A stretch of 35,313 nucleotides of DNA. Origin: Luminiphilus sp. (GTDB taxonomy: Bacteria; Planctomycetota; UBA1135; UBA2386). Under the pieces are notes generated by a model. The model was not told where the DNA came from. It worked only from the letters and a program-made list of their open reading frames with translations, and searched no databases. A program made the translations under genes and the position numbers. Each line of letters starts with the position of its first letter. Position 1 is the first letter of the stretch. The stretch is taken from the NCBI GenBank assembly GCA_041236755.1, contig JBERSB010000236.1, forward strand, positions 1 through 35,313. Reading direction: 5' to 3'. Below are positions 34,921 to 35,313 of this stretch, piece after piece.

Positions 34921-35313
34921 ATTTCTCTCCCGCTGGCCCCGTTCCTGCTCGAACGCGAGCTGCTCCCCAAGGTCTGGGGAGGGCGCGCGCTGCGTGATCA
35001 GCTCGGCATCCGCGTCGAGGACGACGCCGGTCCGATCGGTGAGTCCTGGGAGCTCTACGACCGCCCGGCGGGCTCGTCGCGCATCCGTGGGACGAGCGAG
35101 ACCCTGGCGGCGCTGACGCGACGCTGTCCCGAGGAGCTGGTCGGACCGGGTGTGCGGCTCGGCCACGAGGGCGCGTTCCCGCTGATGCTGAAGTTCCTCG
35201 ACGCACGAGAAGCCCTGTCGCTGCAGGTGCACCCCGACGACGCGCGCGCCCGCGGCGACCTCGGCAAGGACGAGTGCTGCCTCGTGCTCCACGTCGAGGG
35301 CGACGCCCGGTTC
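34921..35313 (+). CDS. manA: Type I mannose-6-phosphate isomerase (3' partial; start codon uncertain)
   Basis: My own translation of the + frame, which is absent from the ORF track because no stop falls in the window: ISLPLAPFLLERELLPKVWGGRALRDQLG...GESWELYDRP...FPLMLKFLDAREALSLQVHPDD...GKDEC. These are the diagnostic class I PMI motifs. The frame runs off the window end. Confidence 0.8.
   Translation, partial: MSLPLAPFLLERELLPKVWGGRALRDQLGIRVEDDAGPIGESWELYDRPAGSSRIRGTSETLAALTRRCPEELVGPGVRLGHEGAFPLMLKFLDAREALSLQVHPDDARARGDLGKDECCLVLHVEGDARF

Overview
This is a high-GC bacterial chromosomal segment (about 70% GC by eye, with a very strong G/C third-codon-position bias). I call 30 protein-coding genes across both strands. 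I found no rRNA, tRNA, CRISPR array, transposase or integrase. The genes are a mix of housekeeping functions (argS, moaA, rsmD, gdhA, recN, the 5' end of a type I mannose-6-phosphate isomerase, an ABC-F ATPase, a proline racemase/hydroxyproline epimerase, and a CHASE histidine kinase with a receiver-only response regulator) and many predicted exported proteins. The exported set includes an S8 subtilase, an S1 protease, an M14 lipoprotein, Kelch and FG-GAP beta-propellers, a tandem DUF1579 protein, and TPR/helical-repeat proteins. The lineage may be Planctomycetota- or Myxococcota-like, but that is a guess. Many long ORFs in the six-frame track are Arg/Ala/Pro-rich shadow frames of real genes, and I rejected them. 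Two items deserve the most attention. (1) An exported FG-GAP repeat gene is interrupted by a single in-frame TGA, and a SECIS-like hairpin starts exactly 11 nt downstream, so it is either a candidate selenoprotein or a very recent pseudogene. (2) A translationally coupled operon, ctaA-ctaB-ABC ATPase-ABC-2 permease-DUF420, places an uncharacterised exporter inside the heme O/heme A biogenesis genes. Smaller oddities are a CxxCH/copper-monooxygenase-like/TPR fusion, a (GGY)n poly-Gly tract in the subtilase, a module shared by two secreted proteins, a PMI gene with no canonical start codon, and a hairpin-rich 265-nt spacer followed by a small ORF.
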